From the NCBI GenBank assembly GCA_001770415.1, contig MEQX01000015.1, positions 31,453 to 74,633 on the forward strand: DNA of 43,181 nt, written 5' to 3'. The notes under the pieces were generated by a model. The model was not told the origin of the DNA. It saw only the letters and a list, made by a program, of their open reading frames with translations, and made no database searches. This DNA is from Betaproteobacteria bacterium RIFCSPLOWO2_02_FULL_63_19 (lineage in GTDB: Bacteria; Pseudomonadota; Gammaproteobacteria; Burkholderiales; SG8-39). Numbering within the stretch: position 1 is the stretch's first letter; each line of letters starts with the position of its first letter. Shown here piece after piece: positions 1 through 9,154 of this stretch. The position numbers were made by a program, and so were the translations under genes.

Positions 1-8
1 CGGGGGCG

Positions 9-1007
9 CTACTTGATCAGCCCCTTTTCACGGAAGTATCTTTCAGCACCGGGATGAAACGGCGCCAAACCCTTCTCGGACCAGCTCTGCAGCGTCACGG
101 CTTTCTTCAGCAGCCGGTGCGCCGCCTTGTATTTCTCGAGGTTTTCCGTGATGCCCTTGGTGATGTTGTAGGCCAGTTGCTCATCCATGTCGGCGCGCAC
201 CACGGTCAACATGCCGACGCAGACCGACGGAGTGTCCACGGCCAGGAACTTGTAATCGCTGGCCTTGACGATGCAGGGCGTGGCGCCGAGCTGATCGGAA
301 ACCTTCCTGGCGGATTCCTGAGTCATCGGAAGCATCACCAACTCGATCCCATTCGCCATCTCGCGTATGCGCGGGTGATTGACGGAGATGCCGAAGCTCG
401 TGATATCCAGTCGCCGGTCGAGCATCAATGACGTTATCTCGCGCGAAGCAGCGCGCACGACTTGCCCGCCCCATTTGGCGATGTCGTCAAGCGAGATGCC
501 GTAGGCTGCCATCGCAGCAATGCTGACGTCGCCGTCCAGGTTGCCCGGCCGGTTTACCGCGATCCGCATGGCCGGCTTTTTCGCGGCGATGTCGGCGACC
601 GTCTTGATGCCGTTCTTTTGCGCCCAATCCTTATTGGCAAGAAAGTGCGTCGCCTGGAAGCGCGAGCCGGGTGAATAGGGGTGAAACAGAATTCGGAGAT
701 CCTTGATAGGCTGCTTGAATGGCGGCAGGCCCTTGAGCACCACGTTGAGTTCGGTGTCGGAAATGAAGGCGAGCGGCACCTTCTTCTGCGCAAGCGACAT
801 CGCATTCGCCAACCCGCCGCTCGAGGTTTGATAGGTGATGGTCGAGCCGGGATACGCCGCATTGAGCGCGCGGTCGAGTCCTGCGCCCGCCGTGGAGACC
901 AGACCGCCCGGGCTGTAGCCGGCGATGGTCAGGTTATATTTCTGAGCGGACGCGGGCTGCGCCAACGCCATCGCACCGATGGTCACTGCAAACAGGATCG
1001 TTCTCAT
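9..1007 (-). CDS. TAXI-family TRAP transporter solute-binding protein
   Basis: ORF 9..1118 minus. Likely start is the internal MRTILFAV... codon at 1005-1007, preceded by an AGGAGG ribosome-binding site at 1012-1017 (revcomp). It has an N-terminal signal peptide (AMALAQPASA) and the typical TAXI fold sequence with C-terminal ...AERYFREKGL. Confidence 0.8.
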   Translation of the reverse strand: MRTILFAVTIGAMALAQPASAQKYNLTIAGYSPGGLVSTAGAGLDRALNAAYPGSTITYQTSSGGLANAMSLAQKKVPLAFISDTELNVVLKGLPPFKQPIKDLRILFHPYSPGSRFQATHFLANKDWAQKNGIKTVADIAAKKPAMRIAVNRPGNLDGDVSIAAMAAYGISLDDIAKWGGQVVRAASREITSLMLDRRLDITSFGISVNHPRIREMANGIELVMLPMTQESARKVSDQLGATPCIVKASDYKFLAVDTPSVCVGMLTVVRADMDEQLAYNITKGITENLEKYKAAHRLLKKAVTLQSWSEKGLAPFHPGAERYFREKGLIK

Positions 1008-1214
1008 TGTTCGACCTCCTCTAGGAATTACATGATCAATCCGGGAGACATGTCGGAGCGGCCTGCCGGTGTGCTCCAATACCGAGTTTGAACCCGGTTC
1101 GAATCGCGCACGATGCATCTTACGTCAATTTCGCTCCGCGATGCACCCCCCGGAGGGAGGGCGAATCGCGCGAGTATTGCTCAGTGCCTTCATCATCCTT
1201 ACTCGTCCGTTGTT

Positions 1215-1739
1215 TCATCGACGACAGTGCCCCGATACGGCGCCACCCGGGATCGTTTCCGGGGCAATCCCGCCGCGGCAGCGCAGGTCGAACCAGCGGC
1301 GCAGTGATTTCTCCTGCTCATCCGTCGGTGCAGAAATCAAACGGACCCGCCGGATCGTTGCCAGCGCGTCGTCGACGCTTGCCCCCGACGCGTGGCAGAG
1401 CACCGCAGCGGCGACCGTCGGAGCGCGGTTCTGTCCTGCCAGGCAGTGAAGCAACACCGTGTGGCCCGCGGCGCGATGTTTTCCGATCACCGCAACGGCC
1501 CTGTCGAAACGTGCCGCCGGGATCGCGATCCAGTCAGTGGTCGGCAGCGCGACGAAACGAACTCCGCGCCGGGTCCAATCGAACTCCTCGCCGTCGCTGG
1601 GTTGTTCCAGCGTTACCACGGTGCGGATACCGCAGGCGACAATGGCGTCACGTTGGGGCGCATAGGGCTTGGAACCGATCGCAAAGCCGGGGTCAAGCCA
1701 GGCAAGGTCTGGCAGAGCGTTTCCGCGCCGACCGCTCAT
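1215..1739 (-). CDS. Dual-specificity / tyrosine protein phosphatase (CX5R active site)
   Basis: 174 aa with the motif VLLHCLAGQNRAP (HCxxGxxR P-loop). A GGAG ribosome-binding site lies upstream of the ATG at 1739. It is upstream of and co-directional with the TAXI gene. Confidence 0.6.
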   Translation of the reverse strand: MSGRRGNALPDLAWLDPGFAIGSKPYAPQRDAIVACGIRTVVTLEQPSDGEEFDWTRRGVRFVALPTTDWIAIPAARFDRAVAVIGKHRAAGHTVLLHCLAGQNRAPTVAAAVLCHASGASVDDALATIRRVRLISAPTDEQEKSLRRWFDLRCRGGIAPETIPGGAVSGHCRR

Positions 1740-2100
1740 CGCTCGCTCCGATGATCGCGCTGTCTTTCGCTGGGACGCATGGGATTGGCGATGTTGCCGA
1801 TCCGATAAGCTCTGCGGACGGTCATGCCTCTTTCTACCACATCGGCGCGAAGGGTACGACCGGGCAATGGTCCGTCAGCGGACGCAGCGCAATCCCGGTC
1901 CCGGGGCGCCACGGATTCGGTCGTGACGCTGCCGCGCGGAACCCGGCCCGAAGTCCGTTTCGATACCCGGAACATGGGAACGAAACGCGCGATCCCGTTA
2001 CATTTGATTCACATCAACAGCCCCGGCGGATTTTCCAAGAAACTCGCGACCTGAAAGAGCCATAATCCGAGATATATCGCAAGAACATACAGGAGCAGGC

Positions 2101-3180
2101 ATGACGATTTCTGCATACAGGTGGTTGATGACCGCGCCCAAGACGCCGATGATCCGGGAGGCGTTCGAACCGTCCGTGGGCGCCGGGGATGTAGTGGTCG
2201 AGATCGCGGGATGCGGCGTTTGCCACACCGATCTGGGCTATTTCTATGATGGCGTGCGGACCAACCACGCACTGCCTCTCGCGCTTGGTCACGAAATAAG
2301 CGGCCGCGTCGTGGCCGCGGGACTTGGCGCCGAGCCATGGACGGGAAAGAGTGTGCTGATTCCGGCAGTAGTGTCGTGCGGCGAGTGCGATACCTGCAAG
2401 CGCGGGCGTCCCGAAATCTGCAGCAAACAGCAAATGCCCGGCAACGACATCCAGGGAGGCTTTGCCAGCCATATCGTCGTTCCGGCACGTGGGCTTTGCC
2501 CGGTGGACGAAGCGCGACTGGGCGCACAGGGGCTCACGCTGGCCGACATTTCCGTCGTCGCAGATGCACTAACCACGCCGTACTCGGCGGTGTTCCGCGC
2601 CGGCGTCAAGCCGGGAACGCTCGCCATCGTGAACGGTGTGGGCGGCGTTGGGGGCTACTGCGTGCAGGTGGCCAATGCGTTCGGCGCCAAGGTGGTGGCA
2701 ATCGACGTCGATCCGGCCAAACTCGAGGCCGTAACCGGTTACGGTGCTGCGCTCACCCTGAACGCCAGGGAGATGGACCTCAAATCGATGAAGGCCGCGA
2801 TCGGAAAATTCGCCAAGGACAACGGCCTCTCGTCGATGGAATGGACGATACTGGAATGTTCCGGCACGGCCGCCGGACAACTCACCGCGTACGGCTTGAT
2901 GGTGCGCGGCGCGACGCTTTGCGTGGTCGGATTTACCATGGACAAGGTTGAAGTGAGACTCTCCAACCTGATGGCGTTCGACGCGCGCGCGCTGGGCAAC
3001 TGGGGCTGTCCACCGGAGCGCTATCCGGATGCGATGGATCTGGTGCTCACCGGCAAGGTGAAAGTCAAACCGTTCGTCGAATCGCATCCGCTCGACGACA
3101 TCAACCGCGTCTTTGAAGCGGTGCATCATCGTGAAATAAGGCGCCGTGCCGTGCTCGTCCCGGCAGGAACCTCGCGATGA
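2101..3180 (+). CDS. Zn-dependent alcohol dehydrogenase, MDR superfamily (6-hydroxycyclohexenoyl-CoA dehydrogenase-like)
   Basis: 359 aa with the structural and catalytic Zn motifs GCGVCHTD and [10 protein letters not shown], and a Rossmann motif [10 protein letters not shown] ribosome-binding site (caggagcaggc) precedes the ATG at 2101. Confidence 0.85.
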   Translation: MTISAYRWLMTAPKTPMIREAFEPSVGAGDVVVEIAGCGVCHTDLGYFYDGVRTNHALPLALGHEISGRVVAAGLGAEPWTGKSVLIPAVVSCGECDTCKRGRPEICSKQQMPGNDIQGGFASHIVVPARGLCPVDEARLGAQGLTLADISVVADALTTPYSAVFRAGVKPGTLAIVNGVGGVGGYCVQVANAFGAKVVAIDVDPAKLEAVTGYGAALTLNAREMDLKSMKAAIGKFAKDNGLSSMEWTILECSGTAAGQLTAYGLMVRGATLCVVGFTMDKVEVRLSNLMAFDARALGNWGCPPERYPDAMDLVLTGKVKVKPFVESHPLDDINRVFEAVHHREIRRRAVLVPAGTSR

Positions 3181-3950
3181 CGGATCAAACACCCCTCAAA
3201 GTCTGGCTGGAGCGCGACGGAGCGCTGCTGCGCTTGCGGCTCGCTCGGCCCAAGGCCAATATCGTCGATGCGGCGATGATCGCCGCGCTGCGCGCGGCGT
3301 TCGCCGCGCATCGCGACCGGGCGGGGTTGCTTGCGGCGATTCTTGACGCGGAAGGTCCGCATTTCTCCTTTGGCGCCAGTGTCGAAGAGCACCTTCCGGA
3401 GACCTGTGCACAAATGCTGTCAGGGCTGCACGCGATGGTCATCGAGATGCTCGAATGGCCGGCACCGATTCTGGTCGCTGTGCGCGGGCAGTGCCTGGGC
3501 GGAGGGCTGGAACTGGCAATGGCCGGCAGCCAGATATTTGTCGCGCAGGAAGCCAAGCTCGGCCAGCCGGAGATTCAACTCGCCGTGTTCGCGCCGGCCG
3601 CCTCGTGTCTGCTGCCCGCGCGCGTGGGGCAGGGTAGAGCGGAAGACCTGCTTTTTTCGGGCCGCTCGATCGATGCGGCGGAGGCCGTGCGCATCGGACT
3701 CGCGACGGCGATGGCGGCCGACCCGGAGGCGGCGGCATTGGAATATTTCGACAAGTATTTCGCCACCCGCAGCGCGGCGGCCCTCGCGGTGGCCGTGAGT
3801 GCGGCGCGCGGCAGCCACCTGCCCGAAGTCAAACGCCGCCTTGCAGAGGTCGAGCGGCTGTATGTCGAGCGCACGATCAAGACAAGGGACGCGAACGAGG
3901 GGCTCAACGCATTCATCGCCAAGCGTGCGCCCAAGTGGGAGCATTGCTGA
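3177..3950 (+). CDS. Enoyl-CoA hydratase/isomerase (crotonase) family protein (dienoyl-CoA hydratase-like)
   Basis: 257 aa. Its ATG overlaps the ADH stop as ATGA (translational coupling). It has a crotonase oxyanion-hole region ([17 protein letters not shown]) and a C-terminal [15 protein letters not shown] typical of the family. Confidence 0.8.
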   Translation: MTDQTPLKVWLERDGALLRLRLARPKANIVDAAMIAALRAAFAAHRDRAGLLAAILDAEGPHFSFGASVEEHLPETCAQMLSGLHAMVIEMLEWPAPILVAVRGQCLGGGLELAMAGSQIFVAQEAKLGQPEIQLAVFAPAASCLLPARVGQGRAEDLLFSGRSIDAAEAVRIGLATAMAADPEAAALEYFDKYFATRSAAALAVAVSAARGSHLPEVKRRLAEVERLYVERTIKTRDANEGLNAFIAKRAPKWEHC

Positions 3951-4027
3951 ACCCGTAGCGGCGGGGTCGGATGCGCGAGTGACGCGGCCGGAGCGGCGAC
4001 CGCGTTGCCCCTCTACAATGGCGGCCG

Positions 4028-4810
4028 ATGAAGCAGCGTTCTCCCGGTTCCTCCGAAGAACCGATCCGCCTGTCCAAACGCATGAGCGAGCAGGGGCTCG
4101 CCTCGCGCCGCGAAGCCGACGAGTGGATCAAGCGCGGCTGGGTGCGCATCGACGGCGAGATCGCGGTGCTCGGCGCCAAGTGGGCGCCGGGGCAGCAAAT
4201 AAGCATCGACGAGCGCGCGCGGCGGCAGCAGGCGCGTCGCATTACCGTGCTGCTGAACAAACCGGTCGGCTATGTGAGCGGGCAGGCCGAGGACGGCTAT
4301 CAGCCGGCCAGCGTGCTGGTGACCCCGGAGAACCAGTGGCGTCCACCGGCGGGAAAGGCGACCAGCGAAGGGCGCCTGCAACGCAAGGACCTTCTCGGCC
4401 TCGCCCCCGCGGGCCGGCTCGACATCGATTCGACCGGCCTGCTGGTGCTGACCCAGGATGGCCGCATCGCAAAACAGCTGGTCGGCGAAGGTTCGGGTCT
4501 GGACAAGGAGTATCTGGTGCGCGTTCGCACGGTCAAAGGCGGGCGCCTGCCGGATGAGGAGCTGAAACGCCTCAATCTGGGGCTCGCGCTGGACGGACGG
4601 GCGCTGCGTCGCGCGCGCGTGACCTGGCAGAACGACGACCAGCTGCGGTTCATCCTGCAGGAAGGCCGAAAGCGCCAGATTCGGCGCATGTGCGAGCTGG
4701 TGGGCCTCGAGGTGCTCGGGCTCAAGCGCGTGCGCATCGGGCGGGTTCGGCTAGGCGAGCTGCCGCTGGGCAAGTGGCGTCTGCTCGGGCCCGACGAGAA
4801 GTTTGCTTGA
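4028..4810 (+). CDS. rRNA pseudouridine synthase, RsuA/RluB/RluF family (N-terminal S4 domain)
   Basis: 260 aa with an S4-like RNA-binding N-terminus (LSKRMSEQGLASRREADEWIKRGWVRIDGE) and the catalytic-core motifs GRLDIDSTGLLVLTQDG and KEYLVRV. The start could instead be the internal MSEQ codon at about 4082. Confidence 0.75.
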   Translation: MKQRSPGSSEEPIRLSKRMSEQGLASRREADEWIKRGWVRIDGEIAVLGAKWAPGQQISIDERARRQQARRITVLLNKPVGYVSGQAEDGYQPASVLVTPENQWRPPAGKATSEGRLQRKDLLGLAPAGRLDIDSTGLLVLTQDGRIAKQLVGEGSGLDKEYLVRVRTVKGGRLPDEELKRLNLGLALDGRALRRARVTWQNDDQLRFILQEGRKRQIRRMCELVGLEVLGLKRVRIGRVRLGELPLGKWRLLGPDEKFA

Positions 4811-6018
4811 CGAGTACTGCAGAAATCGTCTGGACCGAAGACGGCGCCGAGCGCAGGGCGCGATGGCATTCGGAAGCCGCGCTGCCGGCGCCCCCGCGTG
4901 TCGTGGTCGCTGACGACCGGATCAGCGCTGACAAGGCCTATCGCCTGGCGTGCGAGGGAACGGCGTTGCTGTGGCGCGGCGATTTCCAGAATGCGCGGCA
5001 ATTGGTGCGGGCGCTGGCGACGCGCATCGATCGCAGCACCGGCCCGGGAACGGCCAAGCCGGACGCCGCAGAATTCCCCGGGGCATTCCATCGCTACCGC
5101 ATGGCGCGCGCCCAACGCGCACGCACCCTTGGCATGCTGCTGATCCCGATCGATGCAGGCCATGCCATTCCGTTGCGCCGGGCACCGGACGTACGGATTG
5201 CGTGCACCGAAGCATACGGCAACGTCGATGCACCCTACGTCATTTCGCTGCGCGAACTGCTTGGCGTGATCGGCGCGCATGAGTGGCGGCGCAAAGGGGT
5301 GGACGTGCTGGGCGACGGAGTGCGTATTCATGCGCACTACGGTGTGTTCTCGCCGATGCGCGCCGAATATGTCGAACTCGCCGCACGAGCGCCGCTGCCG
5401 AAAGCCAAGCTCGTTTTTGATATCGGTACTGGGACCGGCGTGCTCGCGGCGCTGCTCGCGCGGCGCGGCATCGAGCGCGTGATTGCGACCGACGTGGATG
5501 AGGCTGCACTGGCCTGCGCGCGCGAAAACCTGGGCCGGCTGGGGCTTCTGGATCGCGTGCAGGTGATCGAGGCCGATCTGTTTCCGCCCGAAGCGGCGGG
5601 GTGTGCCGATCTGATCGTCTGCAACCCGCCGTGGCTGCCGGGCAAGCCGACCTCCCGGCTGGAATGCTCGATCTACGATCCGGAGAGCCGCATGCTGAAG
5701 GGCTTTCTCGCGGGGCTCGGCGCCCGGCTTGCACCGGGGGGCGAGGGCTGGTTGATTCTCTCCGACTTCGCCGAGCATCTCGGACTTCGGACGCGCACGG
5801 AACTCGAAGGCTGGTTCGACGCCTGCGGCCTCAAGGTGCTCGGCCGCCTCGAGGCGCGGCCGCGGCACCCCAAGGTTTTCGATGTCGTCGATGCGCTGCA
5901 TGCGGCGCGACAGGCGGAAGTGACGTCGCTGTGGCGGCTGGGCGCGTCAACGCCTGTCCCGATGCGGCGATCCGGAACTCCAAGCGTTGATGCGGGTCAA
6001 CCCGCCCCCGACGCGTGA
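4807..6018 (+). CDS. Class I SAM-dependent methyltransferase (NPPW motif) with about 200-aa N-terminal extension
   Basis: The ORF track gives 4690..6018, which overlaps the upstream gene. An in-frame TTG at 4807 overlaps the upstream TGA stop in a TTGA arrangement. The C-terminal half has a SAM-binding motif (VFDIGTGTGVLAA), a D-loop (ATDVD) and a CNPPWLPG amino-methyltransferase motif. The exact start codon is uncertain. Confidence 0.6.
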   Translation: MTSTAEIVWTEDGAERRARWHSEAALPAPPRVVVADDRISADKAYRLACEGTALLWRGDFQNARQLVRALATRIDRSTGPGTAKPDAAEFPGAFHRYRMARAQRARTLGMLLIPIDAGHAIPLRRAPDVRIACTEAYGNVDAPYVISLRELLGVIGAHEWRRKGVDVLGDGVRIHAHYGVFSPMRAEYVELAARAPLPKAKLVFDIGTGTGVLAALLARRGIERVIATDVDEAALACARENLGRLGLLDRVQVIEADLFPPEAAGCADLIVCNPPWLPGKPTSRLECSIYDPESRMLKGFLAGLGARLAPGGEGWLILSDFAEHLGLRTRTELEGWFDACGLKVLGRLEARPRHPKVFDVVDALHAARQAEVTSLWRLGASTPVPMRRSGTPSVDAGQPAPDA

Positions 6019-6084
6019 GCTGAGAATGGGGGGCGATAGGGGCCGCCCCGAACGGCTTCCGCAGGCTCTACATAGGAGACGACG

Positions 6085-7338
6085 ATGAAATACAACCGAC
6101 CGCATGCCACCGCCGCCTGGGGCACGATGGCCAAGGACTGGGAACTGGGCGTCGATTACGCGAGGCTGATTCGCGAACGCTTCCAGCGCGCACAGGCTTC
6201 GGTGAAGTCTTCCGGGCTGGGCGCGGTACTGTGCTTCAACGTCGACAACGTGCGCTACGTTACCGGCACGCATATCGGCGAGTGGGTGCGCGACAAATTC
6301 GATCGCTACGCGCTTTGCCCTCGCGAAGGCGAGCCGTATCTCTGGGATCCCGCTCCTCCGGCCAAGCGCATCAGCTCGCCGTGGATCGCCGATCGGGTCG
6401 CCGCCCCGGTCAGCACCATGCAGGGCGCGCTGCCGCCGAATATGCGCGTGCAGGACGATTTTGCGCGCCAGATCAGGAAGAAGCTCGCCGATTACGGCGT
6501 GGACAAGCAGCCGCTCGGCGTCGACCTGGTGGAGCTGCCGATGCTGCGGGCGCTGGAAAAGGAAGGCATCGAAGTGGTCGACGGGCAGCAGGCGATGCTC
6601 GATGCGCGCGAGGTGAAGACGGCCGACGAAATCGAGCTGCTGAAAGTCGCCGCCGGGATGGTGGATGCGACCTACGTGGACATCGCCCGCGCGATCCGCC
6701 CCGGCACGCGCGAAAACGAACTGGTGGCGATCGCGCACGACCGCCTGTTCCGTCTGGGCTCGGAGCGCGTCGAGTGCGTCAATTCGGTCGCCGGGCCGCG
6801 CGGCAAGCCGCATTCGCATACCTTCTCTGACCGGATCATCCAGCCCGGGGACATGGTGTTCCTCGACATCATGCATTCGTACAACGGGTATCACACCTGT
6901 TACTACCGCACTTTCATCTGCGGAGAACCGAACAAGTACCAGCTTGAAGCCTACGAACTGTGCTCCAGGTGGGTCAGCGCGTCGATCGACGCCATCCGTC
7001 CCGGGGTCAGCGTCGACGAAGTCGCCTCGGTGTGGCCGGAGGCGGCCGAATTCGGCTACAAGGACGAGGAAGAAGCGTTCCTGCTGCAATACGGCCACGG
7101 CATCGGTCTGTCGCTCTGGGAGCGTCCGATCATCACGCGGCGCTTTCGCGGCCAGAACACGGTGTTGAAGGAAGGCATGGTGTTCGCGGTGGAATGCTGG
7201 AAAGGCGCCGAGGACGGATCGGGCGCAGCACGCATCGAGGAAGAAGTGGTGGTTACGCGCGACGGTTGCCAGGTCATCACCAACTTCCCGTCAGACCACC
7301 TGATCTCGTGCGGCTTGCCGGGCTGCGAAGTGTTCTAG
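6085..7338 (+). CDS. M24-family metallopeptidase (Xaa-Pro dipeptidase / creatinase-like)
   Basis: 417 aa with a creatinase-like N-terminal domain and a pita-bread C-terminal domain (FLDIMHSYNGYHTCYYRTF, YGHGIGLSLWE). Confidence 0.75.
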   Translation: MKYNRPHATAAWGTMAKDWELGVDYARLIRERFQRAQASVKSSGLGAVLCFNVDNVRYVTGTHIGEWVRDKFDRYALCPREGEPYLWDPAPPAKRISSPWIADRVAAPVSTMQGALPPNMRVQDDFARQIRKKLADYGVDKQPLGVDLVELPMLRALEKEGIEVVDGQQAMLDAREVKTADEIELLKVAAGMVDATYVDIARAIRPGTRENELVAIAHDRLFRLGSERVECVNSVAGPRGKPHSHTFSDRIIQPGDMVFLDIMHSYNGYHTCYYRTFICGEPNKYQLEAYELCSRWVSASIDAIRPGVSVDEVASVWPEAAEFGYKDEEEAFLLQYGHGIGLSLWERPIITRRFRGQNTVLKEGMVFAVECWKGAEDGSGAARIEEEVVVTRDGCQVITNFPSDHLISCGLPGCEVF

Positions 7339-7488
7339 ATTGCGCCACCGCGCCGGCACTCGGGCGGCAGGGAATCGACGAGGAAGACCGTTTCCGCGTG
7401 TACGACGACAGGCGTGATTGTGATCGACTGGGGCAATAGCCCCGGCACGCATCGATCTATGGCTATCGTCGAGCCGGTGGCGCGTCCG

Positions 7489-8991
7489 CTACGGATACGT
7501 TGCGGTCGTGCCGTCGTTCAGGTGCCAAGCCTGCGTTGAAAAATCCTTGGAGACCAAAGCCTCCGGGCAGCCGTAAGGACATGGAACGCAGGACGATTTC
7601 CCGAAGTCCGAGAGTTCGCCTACGATCAGGTCGCTCGTATTTCGATAGGTCCTAAATCCCGTACGCAGGCTGCTGGCCGCAACCACCTCGCAAAGCGCCG
7701 AATCGCTTGCAGTCGGGGTGGCCGAGAGCGCGTCGGCGAGATCGTTGCCGATGCGGTACGCAAGCTGGGAAGGCAGCGGGTCGAGGCTGCCGCGCTGCAG
7801 GAGATCCCACGCATGCGCTCCGGCCAGTTGCACCGACCAGGGCACCCCCAGTGAGCGCGAAACGAATCCGAATTCGATGTCGTTGTCGATGTGCGAGATC
7901 ATGCATTGTCCGCACAGCGTGAACGTCGAGGTGTGACCGGTCCCTGAGCAATTCGCGGTCGGACATACGGCATTATTCTGCAGGTCTCTCAAGCTGCCGG
8001 TTACGAAGTCCATGTTTGTACCGTTGCTGGCGACAAACCTCGTTCCATCGTACATGCCGCGTTCGGAGTCGGGCAATGCCTGCAGACGCTGGTGCATGAT
8101 CTTCAGACGGGCGAAGAAAACACTGGTAATGTCAGGACCGCAATAGTCTGTCCCGGACGGAACCGATGCATTGATCGTTCCTGGCCCGATCAGGTTTTCG
8201 TCGACAGTGATGACAAGACCATAGCCGCAATTGTGCGGCGCCGGATCGGGGTATGCGCCGGCGCCGTCGATCGATATTGCGTCGCCATGCAAGTGCATAC
8301 CGGAACAGCCGTTATCCTGGCCCGCAGTTCTCCCGCCACCGATGCGCGATAGCGCAATTACGGAACCGGCGGGGAAGGTTCCCAGTGGCGAGCCGAGTTG
8401 CACCGCGGGGACGAGCGCTGCGAATTTGCCGTACGAACGCTTCTGTATGAATTCATCGGGCGCAACGGCGGCACGGAGGTCGGTTTCGCCACTCCAGATG
8501 ATGGAGGGCACGAACGTGCCGGTGCTCGATTGATAGGCGAGTTGCACGTCATAGGTTGAAGGCGTCGCCGAACCGTCGGCAAGCTCCACACCGGGCACGA
8601 ACACCGTGAAGTAACGTGTGAAATACGCCGCTGGCGAGCCGTGTTGAACACACGATTCCGTAAGTTCAGTCAGCGAAAATTCTAGTGAGGAGGCCGATAC
8701 CTGCTGGAGCACCGCCTTGTACCAGCCGTTTCCGGGGACGAATACCAAAGGGATATCCAGGCGGCCGGTCGATGGATCGTATCGCGAGGGCGTACTCGTG
8801 CTCGCACCTACCTTGTTCTTGCATTGGTCGAGGCCGGTAGTCGACGTTTGGGCATCTGCGATTCCGACGCCGCAGACGAACAGGGCAATGCATGCGAGGG
8901 GCACGACCCAGCGCCGGACCCGCGACGAGGGTCTCGTGGTCAACGGCTTGCGAGAGGGGACGTCCATCAGGAAGATTGATCCTGTATTCAT
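7489..8991 (-). CDS. Secreted hypothetical protein (possible Tat/Sec signal peptide)
   Basis: 500 aa. An AAGGAG ribosome-binding site lies 8 nt before the ATG at 8991. The N-terminus reads ...SRVRRWVVPLACIALFVCGVGIADAQ. The protein is Cys-containing and Gly/Ser/Thr-rich, with no family I can name. Confidence 0.6.
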   Translation of the reverse strand: MNTGSIFLMDVPSRKPLTTRPSSRVRRWVVPLACIALFVCGVGIADAQTSTTGLDQCKNKVGASTSTPSRYDPSTGRLDIPLVFVPGNGWYKAVLQQVSASSLEFSLTELTESCVQHGSPAAYFTRYFTVFVPGVELADGSATPSTYDVQLAYQSSTGTFVPSIIWSGETDLRAAVAPDEFIQKRSYGKFAALVPAVQLGSPLGTFPAGSVIALSRIGGGRTAGQDNGCSGMHLHGDAISIDGAGAYPDPAPHNCGYGLVITVDENLIGPGTINASVPSGTDYCGPDITSVFFARLKIMHQRLQALPDSERGMYDGTRFVASNGTNMDFVTGSLRDLQNNAVCPTANCSGTGHTSTFTLCGQCMISHIDNDIEFGFVSRSLGVPWSVQLAGAHAWDLLQRGSLDPLPSQLAYRIGNDLADALSATPTASDSALCEVVAASSLRTGFRTYRNTSDLIVGELSDFGKSSCVPCPYGCPEALVSKDFSTQAWHLNDGTTATYP

Positions 8992-9154
8992 GGCGATGTC
9001 TCCTTCAAACTGAATTGGTCAAATCGTCCAGCTCGGGCGGACATACGAAATCGGATCGATTCCGACTGCTGCCAGACCTTTCTGTCACCGGTTAGATGCA
9101 GCCGTTGGACGACTACATCAACCATTGACGCAAATCCACTCCGCGATGCCTTCG

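Noticed and set aside
7652-8651. Several 60-100-aa ORFs inside the secreted-protein gene 7489..8991 (e.g. 7652..7966, 8092..8352, 8358..8651).
   Set aside because: They are nested in or antisense to a gene with a strong ribosome-binding site and signal peptide, and none has independent signals.
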